Origin: Candidatus Parcubacteria bacterium
GTDB taxonomy: Bacteria; Patescibacteriota; Minisyncoccia; UBA6257; JAGOQP01
Reading direction: 5' to 3'
Assembly: GCA_025999395.1 (NCBI GenBank)
Contig: AP024682.1
Span: 367,487-431,486 of the forward strand
Length of the DNA stretch: 64,000 nt
Part shown: positions 9,922 through 19,409 of the stretch, one piece after another
Numbering within the stretch: position 1 is the stretch's first letter
How the letters are laid out: every line of letters begins with the position of its first letter
Notes under the pieces: model-generated
The model's input: the letters and a program-made list of their open reading frames with translations, nothing else
Databases searched by the model: none
Told to the model about the DNA's origin: nothing
Position numbers and translations under genes: made by a program

Positions 9922-10368
9922 ATGGGAAAGAAAAAAGTTGTTTCCAAAGTAGAAGAATCGATTCCTTGGGAAGAAAAAATTGGAGAAACTGCTGGTAAAG
10001 GAGGGGCGGTTCCTTCAAAAAAAATTGAAAACGGCAGAATTTATATTAATGCTACCTATAATAATACTATTATTACTGTCACCGATAAAAATGGTAATGT
10101 TCTGGCTTGGGCTTCCTCAGGAAGTTTGGGTTTTTCTGGACCTAAAAAAGCTACTCCTTTTGCTGCTTCAAAAGTAGCAGCAGCAGTTTTGGAAAAGGTT
10201 AAAAAGACTGGTTTGGCAAACGTCGAAATTATTGTCAAGGGAGTAGGAAGTGGTCGCGATTCTGCTATCCGTACTATTGCCGCTCAAGGGATAAATATTG
10301 TTTCCCTTAAAGATGCTACCCCCATTCCTCATAATGGTCCTCGACCGCCAAAAGTAAGAAGAGTTTAA
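9922..10368 (+). CDS. rpsK: 30S ribosomal protein S11
   Basis: GSLGFSGPKKATPFAASKVAAAV motif. Confidence 0.93.
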   Translation: MGKKKVVSKVEESIPWEEKIGETAGKGGAVPSKKIENGRIYINATYNNTIITVTDKNGNVLAWASSGSLGFSGPKKATPFAASKVAAAVLEKVKKTGLANVEIIVKGVGSGRDSAIRTIAAQGINIVSLKDATPIPHNGPRPPKVRRV

Positions 10369-10405
10369 TTATTTTAGATTTTATTTTGTAAGAAATTTTT
10401 AAAGT

Positions 10406-11020
10406 ATGAGATTGCTTAAATCCAAAGAAAAAAAAGAAAGAGCGTTAGGAGTTAAATTGGGCTTGAAAGCTTTTCGCTGCAATTCTCCCAAATGTGCTTT
10501 GGTACGCCGTCCTTATCGACCGGGAATGCACGGAAAAAAGTTTTCTCGATCAGCTTCGGAATTTAAGCTTCAGTTGATGGAGAAGCAAAAAATTAAATTC
10601 ACTTACGGTTTAACCGAGAGACAAATGAAAAATATCTTTAAAAAAGCTTCTGCTGCCAGAGAATCGGCTTTAGATTTTATCGGCAAAAAATTAGAAATGA
10701 GATTGGATAACATTGTTTTCAGAATGGGGTTGGCTCCCTCAATTATTATGGCAAGACAACTGGTAAGTCACGGGCATTTTTTGGTCAATAGCAGGAAGGT
10801 GACTGTTCCTTCTTATCAAGTAAAAGTAGGAGATGTGATTAAAGTAAGAGAAAAAATGAAGGATCATCCTCTTTTCAAGGATTTGAAAAATACCTTAAAA
10901 AATCAAAAGAGCGATTGGTTTGTTTTGGATGCAGAAAAATTGGAGGGAACGATTAAAGCTAATCCTCCTTTAGAACTTCCTTTCAACATTAACTTAGTGG
11001 TCGATTACTATTCGAGGTAA
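10406..11020 (+). CDS. rpsD: 30S ribosomal protein S4
   Basis: S4 domain RLDNIVFRMGLA...ARQLVSHGHFLVN. Confidence 0.93.
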   Translation: MRLLKSKEKKERALGVKLGLKAFRCNSPKCALVRRPYRPGMHGKKFSRSASEFKLQLMEKQKIKFTYGLTERQMKNIFKKASAARESALDFIGKKLEMRLDNIVFRMGLAPSIIMARQLVSHGHFLVNSRKVTVPSYQVKVGDVIKVREKMKDHPLFKDLKNTLKNQKSDWFVLDAEKLEGTIKANPPLELPFNINLVVDYYSR

Positions 11021-11077
11021 TTTTTAATTTTTTAGACATTAAATATAAAGGTCTAATTTTTAGTAATTTGTAAAAAT

Positions 11078-11833
11078 ATGGACTACACTCTTTTAAGTAA
11101 AAACGTTAGCATTAAAACTCTTTCTGAAACAGAAAATAAAGGAGTTTTTGAAATCTCGGGTCTTTATCGGGGATACGGAATGACCTTGGGTAATTCTTTA
11201 AGAAGAATTTTACTTTCTTCTTTACCGGGAGCAGCTATTACTCAGGTAAAAATAAAGGGAGTTAAGCACGAATTTTCTACTTTACCGGGAGTGTTGGAAG
11301 ATATAGTAGATATAACTCTTAATCTTAAGAGGGTAAGGTTTAGAATTTTTTCTAATGAGCCCCAAACAGTAACTTTGAAAAAGAAGGGAGAAGGAGAGGT
11401 GACGGCGGCTGATATTAAAACTACTTCTGAGGTAGAGGTGGTTAATCCTGAAGTTCATATTGCTACTCTTACTTCTAAAAGCGCTGAGTTAGAAATGGAG
11501 ATGGTAGTAGAAAAAGGTTTGGGTTACTCACCAGTGGAAACAAGAAAAACCGAAAAGCTTCCTATTGGTTCAATTGCAATCGATGCTCTTTTTTCTCCAG
11601 TGGTGAATGTGGGCTTTGAGGTGGAGAATATGAGAGTAGGAGAAAGAACTGATTATAATCGCTTAATTTTGACAATCGAAACTGATAAAACTATTACTCC
11701 TTCTCAAGCTCTGCATAAGGCCGCTAGTATTTTTAAGGATCATATAGAGATAGTTTTGGGTGTTGAAGTAAAGGAAATCTCTTCTGAGAAAAAAAGTGAA
11801 TCTTCTTCACAATCAAAGAAAGCAAAAAAGTAA
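11078..11833 (+). CDS. rpoA: DNA-directed RNA polymerase alpha subunit, N-terminal domain only (no alpha-CTD; Lys/Ser-rich tail)
   Basis: alpha-NTD motif LRRILLSSLPGAAITQVKI; protein ends after NTD with KEISSEKKSESSSQSKKAKK; rplQ starts 40 nt later. Confidence 0.88.
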   Translation: MDYTLLSKNVSIKTLSETENKGVFEISGLYRGYGMTLGNSLRRILLSSLPGAAITQVKIKGVKHEFSTLPGVLEDIVDITLNLKRVRFRIFSNEPQTVTLKKKGEGEVTAADIKTTSEVEVVNPEVHIATLTSKSAELEMEMVVEKGLGYSPVETRKTEKLPIGSIAIDALFSPVVNVGFEVENMRVGERTDYNRLILTIETDKTITPSQALHKAASIFKDHIEIVLGVEVKEISSEKKSESSSQSKKAKK

Positions 11834-11873
11834 CTAAATAGCTAAATAGTCATTTTAATTTTTTGGTGAAATT

Positions 11874-12227
11874 ATGAGACATTTAAAAAAAGGAAGAAAA
11901 TTTGGAAGAAAGAAAGGGCAAAGAAAGGCTTTTTTAAAGAGCTTACTTAATAGCTTGATTTTAAATGAGAAAATTGTTACCACTACCGCTCGAGCTAAAA
12001 CTCTTAAAAGTCAGGCTGAAAAATTAGTTACTCTGGCTAAAAAGCAAAATTTATCTTCTCTCAGAATTCTTCTTTCTAAACTTCCGAAAAAATCAGCCCA
12101 AAAGCTTTATTACGAAATTGCTCCCCGCTTTTTAGAAAGAAGAGGAGGATACCTAACAATCACTCACCTGGCTAAAAAGAGAAAGGGAGACGGAGCTCAG
12201 ATGAGTAAGGTGGAGTTTGTGGCTTAA
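11874..12227 (+). CDS. rplQ: 50S ribosomal protein L17
   Basis: MRHLKKGRKFGRKKGQRKA...TTTARAKTLK. Confidence 0.93.
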   Translation: MRHLKKGRKFGRKKGQRKAFLKSLLNSLILNEKIVTTTARAKTLKSQAEKLVTLAKKQNLSSLRILLSKLPKKSAQKLYYEIAPRFLERRGGYLTITHLAKKRKGDGAQMSKVEFVA

Positions 12228-12271
12228 TTTTTAAAGCTAGGCTACAAGTAATTAAATAGTTAATAATTAAA

Positions 12272-12484
12272 ATGTCGTCGCTTTTTTCAAAAATCAAAAA
12301 TTTCTTAGAAAAGGAAGATGCTTGTACCATCTCTCAAAATGGGCGTCCGTTATTTGTTGTTTTGAAATGGGAAAAGTTTCAGGAAATTATAAAAGAAAAA
12401 AAAGATCTAGAATCTCTTAAACAAAAAGTTGAATTAACTCAAAAAGAAGAAGAAGGTATTGACATTAACAGCATCCCTGTGTAG
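12272..12484 (+). CDS. small hypothetical protein, Phd/YefM antitoxin-like N-terminus (tentative)
   Basis: QNGRPLFVVLKWEKFQEI resembles Phd/YefM '...PVaVlsveeYe.l'; 70 aa; no adjacent toxin ORF. Confidence 0.35.
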   Translation: MSSLFSKIKNFLEKEDACTISQNGRPLFVVLKWEKFQEIIKEKKDLESLKQKVELTQKEEEGIDINSIPV

Positions 12485-12573
12485 GATTATTTTTGTCTAG
12501 AAATAAGCACTTAGCGACTAAATTTTAGGTCATTAATTAACATTATTTATAATTAATAATAATAAGAAAAACT

Positions 12574-13773
12574 ATGGCAGAAAAAGCAAAATTCGAAAGA
12601 ACAAAGCCTCATGTTAACGTTGGAACAATCGGCCATGTTGATCATGGAAAAACCACCTTAACAGCGGCGATTACTCACGTTTTGAGGCTGAAAGGTTTAA
12701 TTAATAAAGAAGAGACAGTTGATCAAATTGATAACGCGCCCGAAGAAAAAGCGCGAGGAATTACCATTGCTCTTCACCACTCTGAGTATGAGTCAGAAAA
12801 AAGACATTATGCTCATATCGATGCTCCGGGGCATGCTGACTACATTAAGAATATGATCACTGGAGCAGCTCAGATGGACGGAGCGATTTTGGTAGTTGCA
12901 GCCACTGATGGTCCAATGCCTCAAACCCGAGAACACATTCTTTTGGCTAGACAAGTCGGCGTTCCAAGGATTGTAGTTTTTCTTAATAAAATTGATCAGG
13001 TTTCTGATCCAGATTTGATTGATTTGGTGGAATCAGAGGTAAGGGAGCTTTTGAAAAAGTATGAGTTTCCGGGAGATGAAGTTCCAGTGATTAGGGGTTC
13101 AGCTCTGAAGGCTTTGGAGGCAACTTCAGCAGATGATGAGGCAGCTAAACCGATTTTGGAATTGGTTAAAGCTTTAGATGAATATATTCCTGAGCCAGTA
13201 AGAGAAATCGATAAACCTTTCTTAATGCCGATTGAAGATATCTTCTCAATTGAAGGTCGGGGAACAGTGGTTACTGGAAAGGTAGAAAGAGGTGTGATTA
13301 AAGTCAACGAAGAGGTAGAAATTGTTGGTTTAAGAGAAACTCAAAAAACCGTTGTTACTGGTATTGAAATGTTTAATAAAGTTTTGGATGAAGGAAGAGC
13401 GGGAGATAACATCGGTATTTTGCTTCGTGGTCTTAAAAAGGAAGATGTAGAAAGAGGGCAGGTAGTTGCCAAACCCGGCAGCATTACTCCTCACACCGAA
13501 TTTGAGGCTCAGGTTTATGTTTTAACCAAGGAGGAAGGTGGTCGTCATACTCCTTTCTTTAAGGGTTATAAACCTCAATTTTATTTCAGAACTACTGATG
13601 TTACTGGTGAAGTTATTTTGCCAGAAGGAGTAGAGATGGTAATGCCGGGGGATACTATTACTTTGAAAGTTCAGTTAATTGCACCAGTAGCTTTGGAAGA
13701 GAAGCAAAGATTTGCTATTCGTGAGGGAGGAAAAACGGTTGGTGCAGGTTCGATTACTAAAATTATTAAGTAG
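12574..13773 (+). CDS. tuf: elongation factor Tu
   Basis: [23 protein letters not shown]-motifs; 399 aa. Confidence 0.97.
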   Translation: MAEKAKFERTKPHVNVGTIGHVDHGKTTLTAAITHVLRLKGLINKEETVDQIDNAPEEKARGITIALHHSEYESEKRHYAHIDAPGHADYIKNMITGAAQMDGAILVVAATDGPMPQTREHILLARQVGVPRIVVFLNKIDQVSDPDLIDLVESEVRELLKKYEFPGDEVPVIRGSALKALEATSADDEAAKPILELVKALDEYIPEPVREIDKPFLMPIEDIFSIEGRGTVVTGKVERGVIKVNEEVEIVGLRETQKTVVTGIEMFNKVLDEGRAGDNIGILLRGLKKEDVERGQVVAKPGSITPHTEFEAQVYVLTKEEGGRHTPFFKGYKPQFYFRTTDVTGEVILPEGVEMVMPGDTITLKVQLIAPVALEEKQRFAIREGGKTVGAGSITKIIK

Positions 13774-13845
13774 TTAAGTTAAGTTAAGATTAAGTAAATT
13801 TAAAACAAAAAGGCAAATTAAGAGAAAAATCTCAAGAAGGAAGAT

Positions 13846-14172
13846 ATGAATCGCAAGAACATTGAAAAAAGTAAAATTCGCTTAAAGATTAAATCTTACG
13901 ATCACCGCTTGATTGATTCTTCTACCAAGCAAATAATTGAGAACGCCAAAAGAAATGGCGCTGAAATTGTGGGACCTATTCCTTTGCCCACCGAAATAAG
14001 AAGGTACACCGTTAATCGTTCTACCTTTGTTCACAAGAATTCTCGAGATCAGTTTGAAATTCGAGTTCATAAGCGCTTGGTAGAAATCTTGAATCCGGAA
14101 CAAAAAATAATTGAGTCTCTTTCTAATCTTAATTTGCCTTCAGGAGTGGAAGTGGAAATAAAAATAATTTAG
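13846..14172 (+). CDS. rpsJ: 30S ribosomal protein S10
   Basis: RLKIKSYDHRLIDSS...EIRVHKRL. Confidence 0.93.
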   Translation: MNRKNIEKSKIRLKIKSYDHRLIDSSTKQIIENAKRNGAEIVGPIPLPTEIRRYTVNRSTFVHKNSRDQFEIRVHKRLVEILNPEQKIIESLSNLNLPSGVEVEIKII

Positions 14173-14203
14173 TTGACTGGGAAAAATATTTTTCAATCAA
14201 AAA

Positions 14204-14232
14204 GAAGCCTCATAAACCGAGGCTTCTTTTTT
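14204..14232 (+). terminator. intrinsic terminator after rpsJ
   Basis: GAAGCCTC-ATAAACC-GAGGCTTC then TTTTTT. Confidence 0.6.
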
Positions 14233-14347
14233 ATTTAGATCTTTAAATTTTTTGAAAAGCAATTATTATTTAATTAACTAATTAACTTAAATAAATAATC
14301 AAATTGAAAAAAAGAGAAACAAAACAAGCTCTTTTCTCTCTGAAATA

Positions 14348-14376
14348 TTGACACTAATCTTTATTTTTGCTAACCT
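14348..14376 (+). promoter_or_regulatory. candidate sigma-70 promoter for rplC operon (TTGACA - 17 nt - TAACCT)
   Basis: Consensus -35 hexamer read directly; weak -10. Confidence 0.25.
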
Positions 14377-14413
14377 TAATTTGCTCTTACACTAAAGGTT
14401 AAAAACAAAAAAG

Positions 14414-14441
14414 ACAGCCGAGGTGTAGAGACCTTGGCTGT
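14414..14441 (+). promoter_or_regulatory. leader hairpin upstream of rplC (10-bp stem ACAGCCGAGG/CCTTGGCTGT with one G-U) followed by TTTT; possible attenuator / r-protein autoregulatory site
   Basis: Read directly in 5' UTR of rplC. Confidence 0.25.
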
Positions 14442-14481
14442 TTTAGTGATATTTAGTCATTAAATAAATTAAAGTTTTTTT

Positions 14482-15087
14482 ATGTTTCTTATAGGAAGAA
14501 AAGTCGGTATGAGTCAGATCTGGAATGAAGAAGGAAAGGTTATCCCGGTAACCGTAGTTCAGGCTGGGCCGGTAGTGGTTACTCAGATTAAAACAGAAGA
14601 AAAAGATGGCTATCAAGCTTTTCAAGTAGGATATGATCCTTCCAAGAAAAAGCTTTCTAAACCTCTAAAAGGGCATCTAAAAGATTTGGGAAATTTTCGA
14701 TTTTTAAGGGAGTTTAAACCAACCCAGTCAGAAATAAGTTACAATGTTGGAGACAAAATCGATGTTTCGGTTTTTAATCAGGGAGATAAGGTAAAAGTAA
14801 TCGGATATGAAAAGGGTAGAGGTTTTCAAGGAGTAGTTAAAAGACATGGTTTTCATGGTGGTCCCAAAACTCACGGTCAAAAAAATAGATTGAGAGCGCC
14901 CGGATCATTAGGACCAACCGCTCCTCAAAGGGTAATCAAAGGAAGAAAAATGGCTGGAAGAATGGGCAATGAAAGAGTAACTATAAAAAGTGAAGTGGTG
15001 GGGGTCGACAAAGAAAATAATCTTTTATTGATAAAAGGGCCCTTGCCAGGGAATAAAAAGAATATTTTATTGATTCAGAAAGTTTAA
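14482..15087 (+). CDS. rplC: 50S ribosomal protein L3
   Basis: LIGRKVGMSQIW... Confidence 0.93.
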   Translation: MFLIGRKVGMSQIWNEEGKVIPVTVVQAGPVVVTQIKTEEKDGYQAFQVGYDPSKKKLSKPLKGHLKDLGNFRFLREFKPTQSEISYNVGDKIDVSVFNQGDKVKVIGYEKGRGFQGVVKRHGFHGGPKTHGQKNRLRAPGSLGPTAPQRVIKGRKMAGRMGNERVTIKSEVVGVDKENNLLLIKGPLPGNKKNILLIQKV

Positions 15088-15112
15088 TTGATATTTGGTA
15101 ATTTAGATTAAC

Positions 15113-15751
15113 ATGGAAGTAACCGTTTACAATTTGAATAAGGAAAAGGTAGACACTTTGAAAGTGCCAGATTTTGTTTTTAATGCTAAATGGAATCCGG
15201 ATTTAGTTCATCAGGTATTAGTAGCCCAACAAGCCAACAGTCGCTCTCCAGTAGCTCATGCTAAGGGGAGAGGAGAAGTAAGCGGAGGAGGAAAAAAACC
15301 TTGGAGGCAAAAAGGAACCGGAAGGGCGCGTCACGGATCTATTCGTTCTCCTTTGTGGAAGGGAGGAGGAGTTACTCATGGTCCCACTAAAGAAAAAAAG
15401 TTTGAGAAAGAGATTCCCAAGAAAATGAAAAGAGGAGCAATTTTTTCTGTTCTCTCAAAAAAATATCTAGAAGGAGATGTTTTAATCGTTGATTCGCTGA
15501 ATTGGAGTGGAAATTTAAAAACCAAAGAAGCTAAAAAAGCAGTTGAAAAAATTGCTGATTTTAGAAGTCCTCATCTCTTTATTTTAGGAACCTCTAATAA
15601 AGAAAAGGAAAAAGCTTTGAAAAATATTCCTCGTTTTGATTGTTTGTCACCACTTTCTTTAAATGTGTATGATCTACTCAAACCCAAGAAAATTATTTTA
15701 GAAAAAGAAGCCGTTGAAGAGATAATTAATCATTACAAGTTAAGGAAATAA
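15113..15751 (+). CDS. rplD: 50S ribosomal protein L4
   Basis: GRGEVSGGGKKPWRQKGTGRARHGS motif. Confidence 0.93.
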   Translation: MEVTVYNLNKEKVDTLKVPDFVFNAKWNPDLVHQVLVAQQANSRSPVAHAKGRGEVSGGGKKPWRQKGTGRARHGSIRSPLWKGGGVTHGPTKEKKFEKEIPKKMKRGAIFSVLSKKYLEGDVLIVDSLNWSGNLKTKEAKKAVEKIADFRSPHLFILGTSNKEKEKALKNIPRFDCLSPLSLNVYDLLKPKKIILEKEAVEEIINHYKLRK

Positions 15752-15763
15752 TTTTTCTTTTCT

Positions 15764-16150
15764 ATGTCTATTTTTAGGAAGAAAAAAGAAGAAAAGAAGG
15801 AAGAGAAGAAAGAAGAAAAGGAAGGAAAAACCCAAGGAGATCAAACCTCTCAATTTAAAGTTTTAATAGGGGAGAGGCTCATTCTTGATCGCCCGTTAAT
15901 TACTGAAAAAACTTTATCTCTGACGGAAGAGGGAAAGTATGTTTTTTTAGTTCCTCGAGATGTAAATAAAACAGAAGCTAAAAAACAAATTGAGAGATTG
16001 TATTCAGTTAAAGTCACGAAAGTTTCTTCTTTAAGACAAAAGCCAAAACCTCGCTATTTTCGAGGGATAAGGGGAGAAAAGTTAGGATTAAAGAAGATTA
16101 TTGTTACTTTAAGAAAAGGCCAAAAAATAGAAATTGGCGGCAATAAGTAA
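15764..16150 (+). CDS. rplW: 50S ribosomal protein L23 with N-terminal (KKEE)n extension
   Basis: ITEKTLSL...YVFLVPRDVNKTEAKKQIERLY core; repeat KKEEKKEEKKEEKE at N-terminus. Confidence 0.9.
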   Translation: MSIFRKKKEEKKEEKKEEKEGKTQGDQTSQFKVLIGERLILDRPLITEKTLSLTEEGKYVFLVPRDVNKTEAKKQIERLYSVKVTKVSSLRQKPKPRYFRGIRGEKLGLKKIIVTLRKGQKIEIGGNK

Positions 16151-16182
16151 AAAATGTAAAAAATTAAGCAAATTTTGTTTTT

Positions 16183-17019
16183 ATGAAGAAATATTCACCT
16201 ACAACTCCATCGCGCCGGCATATGACAGTGGTAGAAATGAAAGAGCTTTCTAAGGAAGGGCCCTTAAAGAGCCTAACCAAAAGACTTAAAAGTCATTCCG
16301 GACGCAACAATCAAGGCCGAATCACCGTTCGTCATCAGGGTGGAGGGAATAAAAAACTTTATCGAATGGTTGATTTTAAGCAAAACATTTTAGATGTTCC
16401 TGCTAAAATTGAAGCCTTGGAATATGATCCTTACCGAACTGCTTTTATCGCTAGAATTCTTTATCAGAATGGAAAAAGAAGCTATATTCTCGCTTTTCAA
16501 TCTGCGAAGGTGGGAATGACGATTGTTACTTCTCAGAAAGCTCCTTTGAAAAAAGGCAATCGAATGCTTTTAAAAAACATTCCAGTTGGTTATCAAGTTC
16601 ATAATATTGAAATTGTTCCGAGAGGAGGAGGAAAATTAGCCCGCTCAGCTGGTTCTTATGCGGAAATACTAGCTCATGATAATGGTTACACCACTTTAAA
16701 AATGCCTTCCGGAGAAATAAGAAAGGTGCTCTGGGATGGATTTGCTTCTATTGGTCAAGTTTCTAATGTTGATCATTCACTAGTTAATTTAGGAAAAGCT
16801 GGTCGCTCTCGCTGGTTGGGAATTCGGCCAACGGTAAGGGGATCAGCGATGAATCCAGTTGATCATCCCTACGGAGGTGGAGAAGGCCGACAAAGAAGAG
16901 GAACAAGAAGACCTAAAACTTTGTGGGGCAAGGTGACGGGTGGACATAAAACCAGAAATAAGAAGAAATGGTCGACTAAATTAATCGTAGCTCGAAGGGT
17001 AAAGAAGAGCAGAAAGTAG
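16183..17019 (+). CDS. rplB: 50S ribosomal protein L2
   Basis: GRNNQGRITVRHQGGG, GSAMNPVDHPYGGGEG. Confidence 0.95.
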   Translation: MKKYSPTTPSRRHMTVVEMKELSKEGPLKSLTKRLKSHSGRNNQGRITVRHQGGGNKKLYRMVDFKQNILDVPAKIEALEYDPYRTAFIARILYQNGKRSYILAFQSAKVGMTIVTSQKAPLKKGNRMLLKNIPVGYQVHNIEIVPRGGGKLARSAGSYAEILAHDNGYTTLKMPSGEIRKVLWDGFASIGQVSNVDHSLVNLGKAGRSRWLGIRPTVRGSAMNPVDHPYGGGEGRQRRGTRRPKTLWGKVTGGHKTRNKKKWSTKLIVARRVKKSRK

Positions 17020-17059
17020 TTTAATATTGTCATTAAAATTGAGATAATAAGTTTGTTAT

Positions 17060-17362
17060 ATGTCACGAAGTTTAAAAAAAGGTCCCTATATTGATCCTAA
17101 GCTTTTAAAGAAAGTTCTTAGACAAAAGCCTGATGATGGCCCGATTAAGACTTGGGCGAGAGATTCAATGATTGCCCCAGAAATGGTAGGCTATACTTTT
17201 CTTGTTCATAACGGCAAGGATTTTATTCCAGTAAAAGTAACCGAAGAAATGGTCGGACATCGATTAGGGGAATTTTCTCCAACCAGAAAGTTTATTAAGC
17301 ATGGAGGAAAGATGCAGAGAGAATTGGAGAAAAAGGCAGCTAGTCCCACAGCAGCTAAATAA
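17060..17362 (+). CDS. rpsS: 30S ribosomal protein S19
   Basis: [19 protein letters not shown]... Confidence 0.93.
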   Translation: MSRSLKKGPYIDPKLLKKVLRQKPDDGPIKTWARDSMIAPEMVGYTFLVHNGKDFIPVKVTEEMVGHRLGEFSPTRKFIKHGGKMQRELEKKAASPTAAK

Positions 17363-17396
17363 TGATTTAAAGTTAATTTAATTTTTATTTGGGTTT

Positions 17397-17981
17397 ATGA
17401 AAGAAAATTCAAAAGTTAGCGTTGCTGAAAAAAATGAAAATCTTGCCACAGCAAGATTAAGATATTTAAGGATTGCTCCTCGGAAGGTGAGGTTAGTTGC
17501 TAATTTAATAAAGAAAATGCCGGCTAATCAGGCTTTGGCTCAGCTTTCTCTTTCTCCCCGTCGAGCAGCCGAACCTCTTTTAAAACTTCTTAAATCAGCG
17601 ATAGAAAACGCCAAGAGCAAAAACTTGAAAGTTGAGAGATTAGTAGTTAAAGAGATTAAGGTTGATAAAGGACCAATTTTAAAGAGATGGATGCCCAGAG
17701 CTCAAGGAAGAGCTACTCCTATTCATAAGATTACTAGTCATGTTTTTATTGCTTTGACCGAAGCAGAGAAAGAATTGGAGCCAAAATTTGTTATCGAAAC
17801 CAAAAAACCCGCCAAAAAGAAAGAAAAAGCAAGTTCTGAAAAAGCTGAGCATCAAGCTCAAGAATCAGAGAAAAAGAAGGAAGAAAAGAAATTAGAAATA
17901 AGAGAAGAGAAATTAAAGGGCGAGCAAAAAAAGGATCAGAAAGGATTTTTGAAGAGAATGTTTAGAAGAAAGTCGATTTAG
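17397..17981 (+). CDS. rplV: 50S ribosomal protein L22 with ~75-aa Lys/Glu-rich C-terminal extension
   Basis: L22 core ATARLRYLRIAPRKVRLVANLIKKM...; tail KKPAKKKEKASSEKAEHQAQESEKKKEEKKLEIREEKLKGEQKKDQK. Confidence 0.9.
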   Translation: MKENSKVSVAEKNENLATARLRYLRIAPRKVRLVANLIKKMPANQALAQLSLSPRRAAEPLLKLLKSAIENAKSKNLKVERLVVKEIKVDKGPILKRWMPRAQGRATPIHKITSHVFIALTEAEKELEPKFVIETKKPAKKKEKASSEKAEHQAQESEKKKEEKKLEIREEKLKGEQKKDQKGFLKRMFRRKSI

Positions 17982-18042
17982 TTTATTTATTGAATAAGTA
18001 GAAAAAATTTATTATCTTTTTATTGCCTTTTTATAAAAAATT

Positions 18043-18726
18043 ATGGGACAAAAGATAAAACCAACATTACTCAGACTGGGAATTACCAAAGATTGGAAAT
18101 CAAAATGGTTCCCCAAAAACTTTAAGTTTGGGAGAGGCCTTTTTGAAGATTTTTTGATTCGTCAAATTATTCGCCAGAAAATAGAAATGGCGGGGTTAGA
18201 TTCGATAAACATTGAAAAAACAGCTAATAACTACAAGATTCTCATTAAGGCTGCACGCCCCGGATTAATTATTGGAAGAGGAGGAAAAGGGGTAGAAGAA
18301 TTAACAGAATTGATTAGTAAGGAAATCAATCTTTTTAGAAAGAAGGCGGGGATTAAAGAAAAGGCAGTTATTAATTTAAGCGTAGAAGAAGTAAAAAGAT
18401 ATGAAGCTTCTGCTCAAATTATTGCTCAAAATATTGCTTGGGATATAGAAAAAAGAATGCCTTTTCGAAAAACAGCTAAAAAATATTTGGAAAAAATAAT
18501 GCAAAGCAGAGAAGTAAAAGGAGCTAAGATAAAAGTTTCTGGTCGGCTAGATGGCGCAGAAATTTCACGTTCGGAATGGTTTGCAGCTGGAAGTTTGCCT
18601 TTGCAAACCTTAAGAGCTGATATTGATTATGGAGAAGCGACTGCTTTTACGACTTATGGAACGGTAGGAATAAAAGTCTGGATTTACAAAGGTGAGATTT
18701 TAAAAAATCAAAATCAAATCAAATAA
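18043..18726 (+). CDS. rpsC: 30S ribosomal protein S3
   Basis: MGQKIKPTLLRLGITKDW, KH domain GRGGKGVEEL. Confidence 0.95.
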   Translation: MGQKIKPTLLRLGITKDWKSKWFPKNFKFGRGLFEDFLIRQIIRQKIEMAGLDSINIEKTANNYKILIKAARPGLIIGRGGKGVEELTELISKEINLFRKKAGIKEKAVINLSVEEVKRYEASAQIIAQNIAWDIEKRMPFRKTAKKYLEKIMQSREVKGAKIKVSGRLDGAEISRSEWFAAGSLPLQTLRADIDYGEATAFTTYGTVGIKVWIYKGEILKNQNQIK

Positions 18727-18738
18727 GTTTTTTACTGT

Positions 18739-19158
18739 ATGCTTCAACCTAAGAAAACAAAACATCGCAAATGGCAGAAAGGAAGATCAAGAAAGAGAAT
18801 GAAAGAAACCCGCGGGACCCAAATTCATTTTGGAAGTTTTGGGCTTCAGGCTTTATCAGCAGCTTATGTTGACTCCAAACAAATTGAAGCTGCCAGAAAA
18901 GCAATTTCTCATTTTACTAAAAGAGGAGGTAAGCTGTGGATTAGAATTTTTCCTGATAAACCAATCACTAAAAGGCCTCCCGAATTAACAATGGGTGGAG
19001 GAAAAGGAGCGGTTGATCATTATGTTTTTCCAGTGAAACCGGGAAGAATTATTTTCGAAATTGATGGAGTTTCTCCAGAGCAAGCCAGAGAAGCCTTAAG
19101 AAGAGCGGCTCACAAATTACCCTTAAAAACACGAATTGTTGAAAAAGAGTCATTATAA
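18739..19158 (+). CDS. rplP: 50S ribosomal protein L16
   Basis: [16 protein letters not shown]... Confidence 0.95.
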   Translation: MLQPKKTKHRKWQKGRSRKRMKETRGTQIHFGSFGLQALSAAYVDSKQIEAARKAISHFTKRGGKLWIRIFPDKPITKRPPELTMGGGKGAVDHYVFPVKPGRIIFEIDGVSPEQAREALRRAAHKLPLKTRIVEKESL

Positions 19159-19205
19159 TTTGATTGACTTTAAGGCATAAGTAAGGATATTCTAATAAAA
19201 TTCCT

Positions 19206-19409
19206 ATGAAAGCTGATAAACTTAAAGAATTAAGAACAAAAGAAGTGAAAGAATTGGAAACGATGGTGATGGATTTGAAAGAGAAGTTGGAAAAACTAAG
19301 ATTTGATTTGAAATCAGGAAAGACAGCAAGTATTAAGGATATCCGACGAATCAGAAAAGAAATTGCGGTGATAATGACAATAATTAATGAGAAGAAGAAA
19401 CATGGCTAA
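19206..19409 (+). CDS. rpmC: 50S ribosomal protein L29
   Basis: [30 protein letters not shown]. Confidence 0.9.
   Translation: MKADKLKELRTKEVKELETMVMDLKEKLEKLRFDLKSGKTASIKDIRRIRKEIAVIMTIINEKKKHG

Noticed and set aside
12996-13307. 103-aa antisense ORF inside tuf, and similar antisense or alternate-frame ORFs inside dnaG, rpsK, rplN, rpsH, rplF, rplB, rplV, lysS, truB-region, dacA and others
   Set aside because: They are embedded in strongly supported conserved genes. They are low-complexity or Ser/Leu-rich translations typical of antisense read-through in AT-rich DNA.
13774-13800. (TTAAG)n micro-repeat after tuf stop
   Set aside because: There are only ~4 imperfect units in AT-rich intergenic DNA. 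This is consistent with chance or simple slippage, not a CRISPR or functional repeat array.
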